Positions 1-8,888 are shown, counted from the stretch's first letter. The stretch: DNA of 20,921 nucleotides from Candidatus Rokuibacteriota bacterium (GCA_016184305.1 JACPCX010000143.1:1-20921); one strand, 5' to 3'. Numbers and translations: made by a program. The notes: generated from the sequence alone by a model not told the origin.

Positions 1-1
1 C

Positions 2-376
2 AAGGCCAACACCGACTGGAAGCAGACGCTGGGCGGCGAGTGGCGGCAATACGAGCGGACCTTCCCCCTGCTGGCCGCGAGCCGGATCGGCGGGGTCTCT
101 CTCGAGTGCGCGGCCTCGCACGTGCCGATCTCGCTCATCGGCCTCCTCGGCGACAAGGACATCCTCCTCGGCGCCATCGACGTGGCGAGCGACCGGCTGG
201 AGACCCCGGCCCAGGTCGCGGCCGTCATCCGGGAGGCTATGACACACGTGCCCGTCGAACGGATCTCCCCCTGCACCAATTGCGGCATGGTGCCGCTCTC
301 GCGCGAGGTGGCCCGCGGGAAGCTGCGGGCGCTGGCCGAGGGCGCCGCGCTGGTCCGCCGCGAGCTCACGGGCTAG
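2..376 (+). CDS. Cobalamin-independent methionine synthase II family protein (MetE C-terminal-like), 3' part; 5' end lies outside the window
   Basis: Frame open from base 2: KANTDWKQTLGGEWRQYE...SLECAAS...LGAIDVASDRLETP...PCTNCGMVPLSREVARGKLRAL. The G.IDV...ETP and P...CG motifs fit the short MetE family. Confidence 0.85.
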   Translation, partial: KANTDWKQTLGGEWRQYERTFPLLAASRIGGVSLECAASHVPISLIGLLGDKDILLGAIDVASDRLETPAQVAAVIREAMTHVPVERISPCTNCGMVPLSREVARGKLRALAEGAALVRRELTG

Positions 377-1928
377 CAGCCGATGGCCGCGCCGTCGCTG
401 CGCGGATCGGCTGCGCCCAGGCGCGTGCCACGCTCGGGGTCGACGGTGATGCCGTGGGCGTGCCCCGCCAGCTCGCTCCACGGCCCCCAGCGGTGGATCC
501 TGTGGCCGCGCGATCACCGAGGGCGAAGCGCCCCGACAGCCAGCGTGGCGAGGCCAGGGCTTCCGCGACGCTCCGGCCGAAGTCGATCATGGCCGTGTAG
601 GCCTGCAGGTGGATCTGGGGCTGACCGTCGGCGCCCATGCAGCCGAACACCTGCCAGAGCCGGTCGCCGCGGAAGGCGAGCGAGGCGATGAGCGTGTGGA
701 ACGGCACCTTCCCCGGCTCGAGGCGGTTGGGATGCTGCGGATCCAGCGAGAAGTACGCGCCGCGGTTCTGGAGCACGATCCCGGTGCTCCCGGCCACCAC
801 GCCGGAGCCGTAGATCCCGTACAGGCTCTGGATCAGCGAGGCGGCATTGCCCTCGGCGTCCACCGCACAGACGTAGACGGTGTCGCCCGCGAGGCTCCCC
901 GAGGCCGGCACGCCATCCCAGGGCAGGGCTCGCGCGGGATCGATGAGCCGTCTCCGCGCGTCGGCATAGGCGCGCGACAGCAGCCGCTCCACCGGGACCT
1001 TCGCGAAGTCCGGGTCGGCCAGCAGGCGGTCCCGGTCGTGGAAGGCGAGCATCTTGGCCTGCACCAGGAGATGCACGTGGTCGGGCCCGAGATACTCCAT
1101 CGCCCCCAGGTCGTAGGGCTCGAGGAGATTCAGCATCTCGAGCACGGCGAGCCCCTGGGTGGGCGGCGGCGTCTCGTAGATCGTGACACCCCGGTACGTC
1201 CCCGACAGCGGTTCGCCCCAGCGGGCGCGCTGGGCCTCGAAGTCCCGCTCGGAGAAGAAGCCGCCATGCGCGCGTGAGTGGCGGACGATCTCCCGCGCGA
1301 CTTCGCCCTGGTAGAACGCGCCGCGGCCGCTGGTCCCGATGGCCTCCAGCGTCCGCGCGAGGTCCGGATTGGCGAGCCGCTGCCCGGCCCGCGGCGGCCG
1401 GCCCCCGGGGAGGAAGATGGCCGCGGCCTCGGCGCTCGCGGCGAGCCCCTCGGCGGCCTCGCCCGTCCACCGCGCCAGCCGCTCCGTCACCTCGAAGCCC
1501 TCGCGCGCGTGCCCGATGGCCGGCGCGAGATCGCGCGCGAGGGTCAGCCGGCCGTGGCCGGCCTGTGCCTCGCACCAGCTGTCCACGGCCCCGGGCACGG
1601 TGAGCGTCGCGGGCACGATGCCGTGGAGCGGGATCTCGCCGAGCCCGCGAGAGGCGAACCACCCGAGCGTGGCGCCCGCCGCGGCACGGCCGCCGCCGTT
1701 GAGGAACCGGACGCCGCCCCGGCGGGCATCGTGGATGAGCCAGAAGGCATCCCCCCCCACGCTCGTCATGTGCGGGTAGACGACGCAGAGCACCGCCGCG
1801 GCGGCGATGGCGGCGTCCACCGCGGAGCCGCCCGCCTCGAGGATCTCGACGCCGGCCCGCGAGGCCAGCGGATGGGGCGAGGCCACCATGCCTCGCGGTG
1901 TCTGTGTCAGCGGCCGGCCGGTATCCAA
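373..1928 (-). pseudogene. ggt: Gamma-glutamyltransferase, broken near the C-terminus by a frameshifting deletion at ~512-516
   Basis: GGSAVDAAIA, GGDAFWL, TVPGAV, PPPTQG, catalytic GDTVY, LQNRG and GADGQPQ motifs; TTG start with GAGGAG RBS. The expected C-terminus (RGHRIHRWGPWSELAGHAHGI...GAADPRSDGAAIGC*) is in another frame, with its stop at 373-375. Confidence 0.85.
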
Positions 1929-2022
1929 GGGCCCTCCTCAATCAGGAGCTTGCATGCTGCGACGCGCGCGTGCTAGAAGCCGGGGAAGTGTAGCACACGA
2001 CTCCCCCATCGCCGGAGGCCAC

Positions 2023-2178
2023 ATGCCCATCACGCGCGTCAACGGTGTGGAGCTGCACTGTATCCTGCCCATGAGCGGCCACACGACCACCATCGAGGAG
2101 CCGGGCGCCTTCAACCTGCACGTGGCCGAATTCCTCGCGGCCGTGGAGCACGGCCGCTGGGGGACCTGGACGGCCTGA
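2023..2178 (+). pseudogene. Collapsed alpha/beta hydrolase: N-terminal ~12 aa fused to C-terminal ~38 aa
   Basis: GGAGG RBS then MPITRVNGVELH, a typical hydrolase start, followed directly by ILPMSGHTTTIEEPGAFNLHVAEFL, the catalytic-His C-terminal segment. The core is absent. Confidence 0.75.
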
Positions 2179-2195
2179 CCGCACCGCCACCTCGC

Positions 2196-2224
2196 TTGAC
2201 GGATATGCATTACATGCATATACT
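2196..2224 (+). promoter_or_regulatory. Sigma70-type promoter of brnTA with overlapping palindromic operator
   Basis: TTGACG (2196-2201), 17 bp spacer, TATACT (2219-2224). Perfect inverted repeat ATATGCAT-tac-ATGCATAT at 2203-2221. Confidence 0.8.
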
Positions 2225-2230
2225 GTCTGC

Positions 2231-2506
2231 GTGCGGTTCCTGTGGAACGACGCCAAGGCACAGCGCAATCTTCGGTCGCACGGGGTGGAGTTCTCGGAGG
2301 CTCGGACCACCTTCTTCGACCCCCTGGGAAGGAAACTGCGTGACGAGGATCACTCTCACGCGGAGGAGCGGATCATCCGCATCGGGCGGTCCGACAGAGG
2401 GCGCCTCCTGGTGACCGTCTTCACCGAGGGCGGAGACCACATCCGGATCATCTCCTCACGGCGCGCCACTCGGCGCGAGGTCAAGAGCCATGAAGAAGGA
2501 ATATGA
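2231..2506 (+). CDS. brnT: BrnT family toxin (DUF497 ribonuclease)
   Basis: F.W...K...N...HGV.F.EA...F.DP, HS..EER...IG, L.V.FT, IRIISSR.AT.RE motifs. Confidence 0.92.
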   Translation: MRFLWNDAKAQRNLRSHGVEFSEARTTFFDPLGRKLRDEDHSHAEERIIRIGRSDRGRLLVTVFTEGGDHIRIISSRRATRREVKSHEEGI

Positions 2507-2813
2507 TTTCAGTCGAGCGAAACGGCGGACCGTTCGGGATCTTCCACCGATCGAGGATCTGGACCGGCACACCAAGGTCAGGATCACGATCATGCTGGAC
2601 AACGATGTGCTGCAATTCTTCAAGGCCAGAGCCGCCAAGCGAGGAGCCGAACCCTATCAGACTCAGGTCAACCGCGCGCTCCGGGAGTACATGGAGGGGG
2701 GCCGGCCTCCGACCAAGGACGACCTCTTGGGGGACGAAGGCTTCGTCTCCCGCCTCGCCGAGCGTGTGGCTGAGTACTCCACGCGGAAGACGGTGAGCCG
2801 GCGACCGCGCTGA
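2490..2813 (+). CDS. brnA: BrnA family antitoxin (RHH)
   Basis: MKKEYDFSRAKR...KVRITIMLDNDVLQFFK...YQTQVNRALREY; overlaps the brnT 3' end. Confidence 0.92.
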   Translation: MKKEYDFSRAKRRTVRDLPPIEDLDRHTKVRITIMLDNDVLQFFKARAAKRGAEPYQTQVNRALREYMEGGRPPTKDDLLGDEGFVSRLAERVAEYSTRKTVSRRPR

Positions 2814-2836
2814 GACGCGGGGGCGCCCGCGGACGG

Positions 2837-3265
2837 CTCAGAGGCGCGCCTCCATCCACAGCTCCGCGCGCGGGTTGCCGTTGTAGTCGGCGATCTCGGT
2901 GAAGCCGTGGGCGCGGTAGAGGTGCACCGCCGCCTCGAGCCGCTCGCTGTCCAGCCGCAGCAGGCGGCAGCCGAGGCCGCGCGCCTCGGCGAGACAGCCG
3001 TCCAGGAGGGCCGGCCGAGGCCCCGCCCCTGCTGCTCCAGCCGGATCCACATGCGCTTGAGCTCGCCCACGCCCGGGGCGAGGAGGCGGACGCCCGCGGT
3101 GCCGACCACGGTGCCCGCGGGATCCACCACGAGCGGCATCACGCCGCGCGTGCCGTCGTAGATCTCCTGCCAGCGGGCGATGTCGCGGTCGAGCCCGTCG
3201 CCGTCGAGCGGCTCGCCGAGGAAGTCGAGATAGGCGGCGAGCTCGCGGGCCACGGCATCGTGATC
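2837..3265. repeat. Direct repeat copy A (~430 bp) of GNAT coding sequence
   Basis: Manual alignment to 8888-9320: about 16 substitutions and two small indels. Confidence 0.95.
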
Positions 3266-3283
3266 CACCGGGGTCGCCCTCAC
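2838..3283 (-). pseudogene. GNAT N-acetyltransferase, frameshifted second copy of 8889-9383
   Basis: Aligns to 8888-9320 with a 1-bp deletion at ~3009 and a 3-bp deletion at ~2941. The halves appear in two ORFs (GELKRMWIR..QGRGLGR and LRLDSE..AAVHLYR..GF). Start is tentative (GTG at 3283 after AGGAG). Confidence 0.88.
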
Positions 3284-3582
3284 GTAGCCCGCTCCTGAGG
3301 GCCTCTGTCGACGCTGCCCCTGACCCCCGTCGGCACCCCCGGCCCCGCCCGCGCACTCTCCGCTCACTGCTTGACCGCGAGCCCGCGCCCGCGCGGGACG
3401 ACTCGGGGCCCGCGCGCTTACGATGCCGCTGCTCGTCTTTCGTCCACCTCGAACGGGCCGAACGGGCCCTCCCGGGTCCGGTGCCGGGGTTCGCGGGAGG
3501 CGGCCGGACCTGGCCGGACGCCCGCCGCCCCAGCAGAACTGGCGTTAATCCTTCCTATACCCCCCTCAGGCACATTCCTCCG

Positions 3583-5070
3583 TCAGTAACTCGCCAAGGC
3601 GACGAGCGCGCTGCGCAAGCTAGCCAACCCCTCCACGTCCGCGCGGAGGCGAGCCGTAACAGCAGCCACGGCGCTCTCGGTACCTTGTCTGAGCGCAGGA
3701 ACGTCGTGAGAAACGGATTCGACGACGGGCTCCCGGTCCAAAGACCGCAGGACTTCGGCGTCAACGGCCGGCGGAGCGTCGACCCAAGAGCCATTCGCAT
3801 CCACCAGAAGATTCACGTACTGGGAGTGCCGACGCCCATTGTCCAGGTCGAGGTAAACGATCGCGCGGGCCGACAGTTGGCCACGAGCGCCGGAGGAGCC
3901 AACCAGCACGGCCACGTCGCCCGGTTGCTGAGGCCGCTGGAAGTGGCGGATCAGAGCGTCCACGAGAGGGTGCCCAAGGCCCAAGAGCTGGACGTTCTTG
4001 CGGCGCATGGCGAGATCGCGATCGAAGGCGACGTCACGGTAGCTCCGAACCACACCGGGATAGCCCATCAGCGGTTCAGGAGTCTCGATCTGGACGAGGG
4101 GGCCGCTCGGCACGAAGGCTCCACCGAGCCGCAGGATCGCGCGCTCGACAAAGAGCCCCAGGTGCTCCAGGGTGAAGTGGCCGCGGAGCGTCCGGTAGTG
4201 CTCCAGATTGAAGGCGTCCAGATCCTGAGTGAGAGCCCGGAGCGCCTCGCTGGCTTCACGTGCTCGCTCGATCGCGTCGGCCATCTCCCGCTCGGTCCGC
4301 TTGTAGTCGGGATCCACGAGCGCCTTCTTGTACAGGTCCTGGTAATTCGGCGCAGTGCCGAGGAAGCCGAGGATCTCCGAGCGAAAATCCTCGACCACCT
4401 CGCCGGTCACGGGATCAAGCTTCCCGATGGCCCCGGCGATCTCGAGCAGCTTCTCCTCGAGCAAGCGGTAGATCCGTTCCTCGACCGTATCCTCGGCGAC
4501 CAGGTTGTACACCTGGACTGTATCCTGCTGCCCGTAGCGATGGATGCGGCCGATCCGCTGCTCCACCGCCATCGGGTTCCACGGCAGGTCATAGTTGAAC
4601 AGGATGCGACCGATCTGGAGATTGATGCCCTCGCCGCCGGCCGAGGTGCAGATGAGGAACCTGGCGCCGGCCTCGTCCCAGAAGGCCTCGATCGCGGCGA
4701 TCTTGTCGTCCAGCGGGCCGCCCTTGATCGTGGCAATCCGCGCCCCGCCGTAGATCTTGCCGAGCTCCTCGCGCAGAAACTCCAGGGTCTCGCGGTACTG
4801 TGTGAAGATCACGAATCGCTCCGACGGGTTCTGCCGGCGTAGCTGCTCGAGCGCGCGCACCAGGGTGTCGTACTTCCGGTCTGTGCCATCAGGGACGAGC
4901 CCGAGCAGGTCACGCACCTTGGCGGCCTCGTCGGGAATGTCGGAGTCTGCGTACACTCCCTCGTCGCCCTCCTCGTCACCGTCGAGAGCCCAGGACGTGC
5001 TCTCCTCTTCTGCCCGGCGAGCCAGCCGTTGCTTGACCTGGGCCACGACGGCGTCGGCCTCGGCACGCAA
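3583..5070 (-). pseudogene. SNF2/SF2 helicase, C-terminal half (HelicC domain plus C-terminal extension); N-terminal ATPase lobe deleted
   Basis: FVIFTQYRETLEFL, LICTSAGGEGINLQ, NYDLPWNPMAVEQRIGRIHRYGQ, YNLVAEDTVEERI. No Walker A or DEAH in the frame. Confidence 0.9.
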
Positions 5071-5071
5071 G

Positions 5072-5175
5072 GAGCTGGATGAGCGACCAGAACTGGTAGG
5101 GATCGCCCTGGTGTGGGGTGGCCGACAGGAAGAGCAGGTCTCGGGCGTGATGGCGAAGCTGTTCCGCGAGCCGGT
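5072..5175 (-). pseudogene. Isolated internal SNF2 helicase fragment (motif III)
   Basis: RLAEQLRHHARDLLFLSATPHQGDPYQFWSLIQLL; LSATPHQG is SNF2 motif III. It is out of frame with the downstream helicase half. Confidence 0.85.
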
Positions 5176-5221
5176 TGATCTCGACGATGGGGAAGCCTTC
5201 CTCGATGGCCCGTTTCATCAA
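5166..5221 (-). pseudogene. N-terminal stub of a DUF1156-type adenine DNA methyltransferase
   Basis: MKRAIEEGFPIVEINRLA matches the remembered (K/R)xIExxFPxxExN start of DUF1156 methylases, and lies where that gene is expected. Only ~18 codons remain. Confidence 0.6.
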
Positions 5222-5233
5222 CTGTTCCGGACG

Positions 5234-5431
5234 TCAGCCCGCGACTTCCTGCCGCAGGATCCCCTCGAGGCTCGCCTCGCCGCGCTCCACGGCGAGGACT
5301 GCCCGGAGGATGTGCAGCTCCGCCATGGTCTCGTCGTCCGGATACTCGGCGCGGATGATGGCTGTTAAGCGCTCGAGCTTGTCCCGGGCGATGCCGGCGC
5401 GGTCAGCGGCAGTCTTGTAATCGAATAACAT
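5234..5431 (-). CDS. 65-aa helical hypothetical protein, candidate antitoxin/partner of the PIN protein
   Basis: GAGGAGG RBS overlapping the PIN stop region; MLFDYKTAADRAGI...EYPDDETMAELHILRA; uninterrupted frame. Confidence 0.7.
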   Translation of the reverse strand: MLFDYKTAADRAGIARDKLERLTAIIRAEYPDDETMAELHILRAVLAVERGEASLEGILRQEVAG

Positions 5432-5444
5432 CTCTCTGGCCTCC

Positions 5445-5894
5445 TCACACTTCCGGCGGGGCGAGGATCTCGATCGACGGGTACCCCGCGAGGACGTTGA
5501 CCTCGTTGACCAGGGCCCGGCGCCGTCGGTTCACCAGGTGGCGGAAGCTCCAGCTCACAAGGATATCCTGCCGCGCGGCGACCGCAATCGCCACGTGGAG
5601 GGCGTCAATGGCCGTCGCCGCGGAGAACACACCGCGCCCCACATACTCCCGTGCGAGATCACGGGCTTCTCGCTCGATCGGGAGACTCAGGAAATCGCCG
5701 ACCAGGGCGAGGAGCCGCTCCCGGAGAGCGGAGTCGGCCGTGGCGCGGACCTCCGTGAGGGTCAGCTCCGAGATGGCGACCTCGTAGCCCGCGAGCCGTT
5801 CCCAGAACTCGAGCGTGGCCCGCCGGCGCTCGGGAAGCCGGTCGTCCACGTGGGCGCTGATCACCGAGGTGTCGAGGTAGAGCCGGAGCCTCAC
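5445..5894 (-). CDS. PIN-domain (VapC-like) nuclease, 149 aa
   Basis: LYLDTSVISA, ISELTLTEV, DALHVAIA, ILVSWSFRHLVN. The GTG start at 5894 overlaps the TGA of the upstream PglZ-like gene (GTGA). Confidence 0.88.
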   Translation of the reverse strand: MRLRLYLDTSVISAHVDDRLPERRRATLEFWERLAGYEVAISELTLTEVRATADSALRERLLALVGDFLSLPIEREARDLAREYVGRGVFSAATAIDALHVAIAVAARQDILVSWSFRHLVNRRRRALVNEVNVLAGYPSIEILAPPEV

Positions 5895-6818
5895 GGCCGG
5901 GCCGGCTCCAGGACGATCCAGGGGGTCAGCATTTCCATCATTGAGAGCCCGCCGTGCTTGTACAGGCGAGCCCCGGCGGGGCCCGGCGGGTGGGTCTGGA
6001 CACGCCCACGCACCATGGCCACCTGCCTGCTCGCGATGACGGCAAGATCGCGGTGGGCGGGTGGCTCCTGCCCAGGCTCGACTTGGCGACGAGCAGCCCG
6101 GTCCGAAGAACACGTACCCGTGATCGCTCGTCACCACGATCGTTCGTCCAGGTGGCACGGCCTGCACGGTGTTCCGCCAGAAGGCTTCGAGCCGCCGGTG
6201 AAGCTCTGCGAAGTGGTTCGCGAAGCGGGCACCGGAGTCCTGGTAGGTCTGGTCGGGGAAGGCCGACCAGAGGCACAGCGCGGGGCAGTCCGGCGGGAGC
6301 TGGTGACGCTGGCCCTCGTGGCCATAATAGAACGTCTCGATCCCCGCCTGCCGAAGCTCGCGGCGGCCCAGGAGCTGGGAGGGCGAGACGCGCCCGGCCT
6401 GGAGCCGCTGGGCTACGAAATCAATCGTCTCGCTTGGCACGGCGGCAGTCGCCACGTCCACCTGGCGGGCGGAGAAACCTCCCTCCCTGGCCAGGCGAAG
6501 CACCACTGGGACTTCGCGGAGCGACAGTCCGTCGAAGACCACGGCGGCGCAGGGCTGCTGGCGCTCGAGGAACACGCGGAGATGACGGTCACCGGGAGGG
6601 TCGGTCAGCAGCTCGTCGTAGATCCGGGGCGCGGCCGCGGCAAGCACTTCTTCCATCTCGTTCACATCACGCTCGCCCCGGTTCAGGAACTCAGCGGCCC
6701 CGAGGTCCTCGTAGCGCCCTGATGACCAAACCTCGTCGAGCAGCCAGTGTCGAAGCCAATCCAGGCGGGCTCCGGGTGCAGTGAGGCGGTCGAAACCCTC
6801 CCGGCTAAGACTGGGCAC
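5891..6818 (-). pseudogene. Stand-alone PglZ-like alkaline-phosphatase-superfamily protein, frameshifted at ~6088-6092
   Basis: VVFDGLSLRE, AVPSET and IVVTSDHGY in the first frame. YKHGGLSMMEMLTPWIVLEPARP* lies in the shifted frame, with stop at 5891-5893. These are the PglZ core motifs. Confidence 0.8.
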
Positions 6819-8424
6819 GGTCCTCTGCGGCCGGGAGCAGCAGGATCAGGTCGGCGCTGTATTCGGCGTGCGGGACGTTGGGCAAGCGCTCGATCATCTG
6901 CTCGACCTGGGCCTTGGACAGCTCTTCCTCCTTTGTGATCGCGATCTCGATCGTCAGCGACCCTGGACCGGCGAGGCTGCCGCGATAGGCGGCCGGCAAG
7001 CTGCTCAGATCGCCAGTGGTCTGCTGGAGGAAGACGGTAAACCTCGCTCTGTGCACGCGTGCCGAGGCGTGTTCCTGCAGGAGCGCGGCAACCGCCTGGC
7101 GCAGAGGCCCGATCCCAGTCTGCGAGCCGGTGCGCACAGGGAGCTGCTCGCCCTCGGTGAGCGTAGGCCGCTGCCCACGTTCTGGTGGCACCTGGCCCGC
7201 CACCGGCGAAGAGGGTGTTCCAGTTCTCGGTGGCGATGATGGCAGGGCTTCGGAGCCCTCGAAGGGCTCGGCGACGACCGCATCCAACAGCTCCGCATCG
7301 CTCAGCGCCGGGTCGGCCCCGCAGAAGTTACTCCGGCTGTGGTAGATGCCGAGCTTCCGCTCGCGGCAGAGGGAGCGGACAGCCCGTGTGAGCGAGCCCG
7401 CGTGGGTGGGAACGGGGAAGCCCAACGTTGATCGGTACTCACGATCGATCTCGCGGACGCCCTGCCCCTTCACCTGGGCGAGCCGGGCTTCCAGGTGCTC
7501 GGCCAGGAGCTGCGGTGGATAGACGTGCTGGCTGAGGAAGATCGCGACGTCCTCCCTCGAGGCGGCAGTGCCGAGGGGCTCCTCCTCGATCTCGAGGCCG
7601 CCGGCGCCAGCGATGAACCTGTTGAGGTAGCTCCCGATGACGGGCGCCACCGAATCGGCCTTGAAATCGAGATAGTTCTCGAACGCGCGGTGAAGCACGA
7701 CGCGGGCGCGATCCTCGGCTTGGGCGAACTGCACACGGCAGGCCGCCACTCGCTTGAGCGTCGCGCCGGGCTCCTGCTGGTCGCTGTAGATGCTGGCGAA
7801 CAAGGTCACCTGAACCGACCGGTTGGCCCACTCCGAGAGCATCTGGAGGAATGCGATGTTCTGGGCCCTGACTGCGGCGTCGGCGAGGACGCGAACGCCC
7901 TGCTCCAGCTCGTCGAATATCAGGACTACCTGGCGCCCGGCGAGCGCCGACTCGACCTCGGTGAGGCTCGGCTGGACCATGCTGCGTGGAGGGCGCTGCC
8001 CTTTCACCTGCTCGAAAACGAAATCCCAGATGGACGAGAGAGGCAGGTCAGTGAACTTGTTGACGACCGGCGTTACCCTCTCCGGAAGCCGGCACCTCAA
8101 CCCGTGCCGGTCGAGCCACCGGCGCGCTTCGTTCGGGCTTCTGAACAGGTGGTAGACGAGGAGGAGCAGGTGGGACTTGCCACTACCCTTCAACCCTTCG
8201 AAGAGAAAGAGGCCCGGGGCGCCGGCTTTCTCGCCGAACCGCTGGTCGAGCAGGCTTACCACCTGGCGGACGTCGGCGGTCGGGTACGTGAGGCTGAAGA
8301 AGACGTCCGGCCTCGCCTCGAGACGCTTCCGGCGCGTGTCCTTGAGGTTGGCGAGATCGATGATGCCTTCGATCTCGCCGGCCAGCGTCTCGGCGCGCGG
8401 TCTGAGATACGCGGCGTAACTCAT
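6805..8424 (-). CDS. DUF499-type AAA+ ATPase (BrxC/PglY-related), probably shortened by an in-frame internal deletion near 7620
   Basis: P..FFSLTYPT, Walker A GLKGSGKSHLLL..YH, Walker B VLIFDELE. 539 aa is short for the family, and the usual YPF.P segment after the ATPase core is not seen. Confidence 0.8.
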   Translation of the reverse strand: MSYAAYLRPRAETLAGEIEGIIDLANLKDTRRKRLEARPDVFFSLTYPTADVRQVVSLLDQRFGEKAGAPGLFLFEGLKGSGKSHLLLLVYHLFRSPNEARRWLDRHGLRCRLPERVTPVVNKFTDLPLSSIWDFVFEQVKGQRPPRSMVQPSLTEVESALAGRQVVLIFDELEQGVRVLADAAVRAQNIAFLQMLSEWANRSVQVTLFASIYSDQQEPGATLKRVAACRVQFAQAEDRARVVLHRAFENYLDFKADSVAPVIGSYLNRFIAGAGGLEIEEEPLGTAASREDVAIFLSQHVYPPQLLAEHLEARLAQVKGQGVREIDREYRSTLGFPVPTHAGSLTRAVRSLCRERKLGIYHSRSNFCGADPALSDAELLDAVVAEPFEGSEALPSSPPRTGTPSSPVAGQVPPERGQRPTLTEGEQLPVRTGSQTGIGPLRQAVAALLQEHASARVHRARFTVFLQQTTGDLSSLPAAYRGSLAGPGSLTIEIAITKEEELSKAQVEQMIERLPNVPHAEYSADLILLLPAAEDRAQS

Positions 8425-8543
8425 GTCAGTATGGGCGCCCGGAGGCGCCTATGATTCTAGCGCGTGATCGAAGCCCGTGGCATGCTGATTTCGTCTTGGA
8501 TCGGAGCGAGGCCAAGGCGCGCCGCCCTCAGGCCCGTCAAGGA

Positions 8544-8888
8544 CTACATTGCCCTCGCAGCCTCCCGGGGACCTTCGTGGGCCCCGGGCAGGCTGCTTCC
8601 GTCCCTGGGGGTACCCTGCGGCACGTGAGGCTCGCCGAGGTCTATCCGGAGCGTGAAGCCAGGTGGGCTACGCAGCTCAGCGAATGCCTCCCCACTCTGA
8701 ATGTGCCAGCCCGAGCTCTCACGCTGAGAAACAAGTCGCCGAATACAATCACGGACAGATTGCCCCTCGTCGAGATCCGCCACCAATGAGTCTGGGGGCG
8801 ACGCGAGGAAGCGGGCTCGCGAGGGCAGTGTTGCGTCCTGGTCGACACGGCGCCGCAAATCGGCAGTATCGAAGACGACATCCCCTCC
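8544..8888 (-). other. Unassigned open frame starting right after the GNAT stop codon; possible 3' remnant of a foreign gene
   Basis: Frame is open from 8888 to 8544 (GGDVVFDTADLRRRVDQD...), with visibly more A/T-ending codons than the flanks. No recognisable motif. Confidence 0.3.

Noticed and set aside
3390..3417. GC hairpin downstream of the helicase as an intrinsic terminator
   Set aside because: No U-tract, and such stems are common at this GC content.
5445..6818. Natural PglZ-PIN fusion protein
   Set aside because: Explained by a frameshift; the real PglZ C-terminus and a separate PIN start are both present.
3481..8454. Plus-strand ORFs 3481-4842, 5538-6722 and 7495-8454
   Set aside because: Antisense to motif-bearing minus-strand genes.
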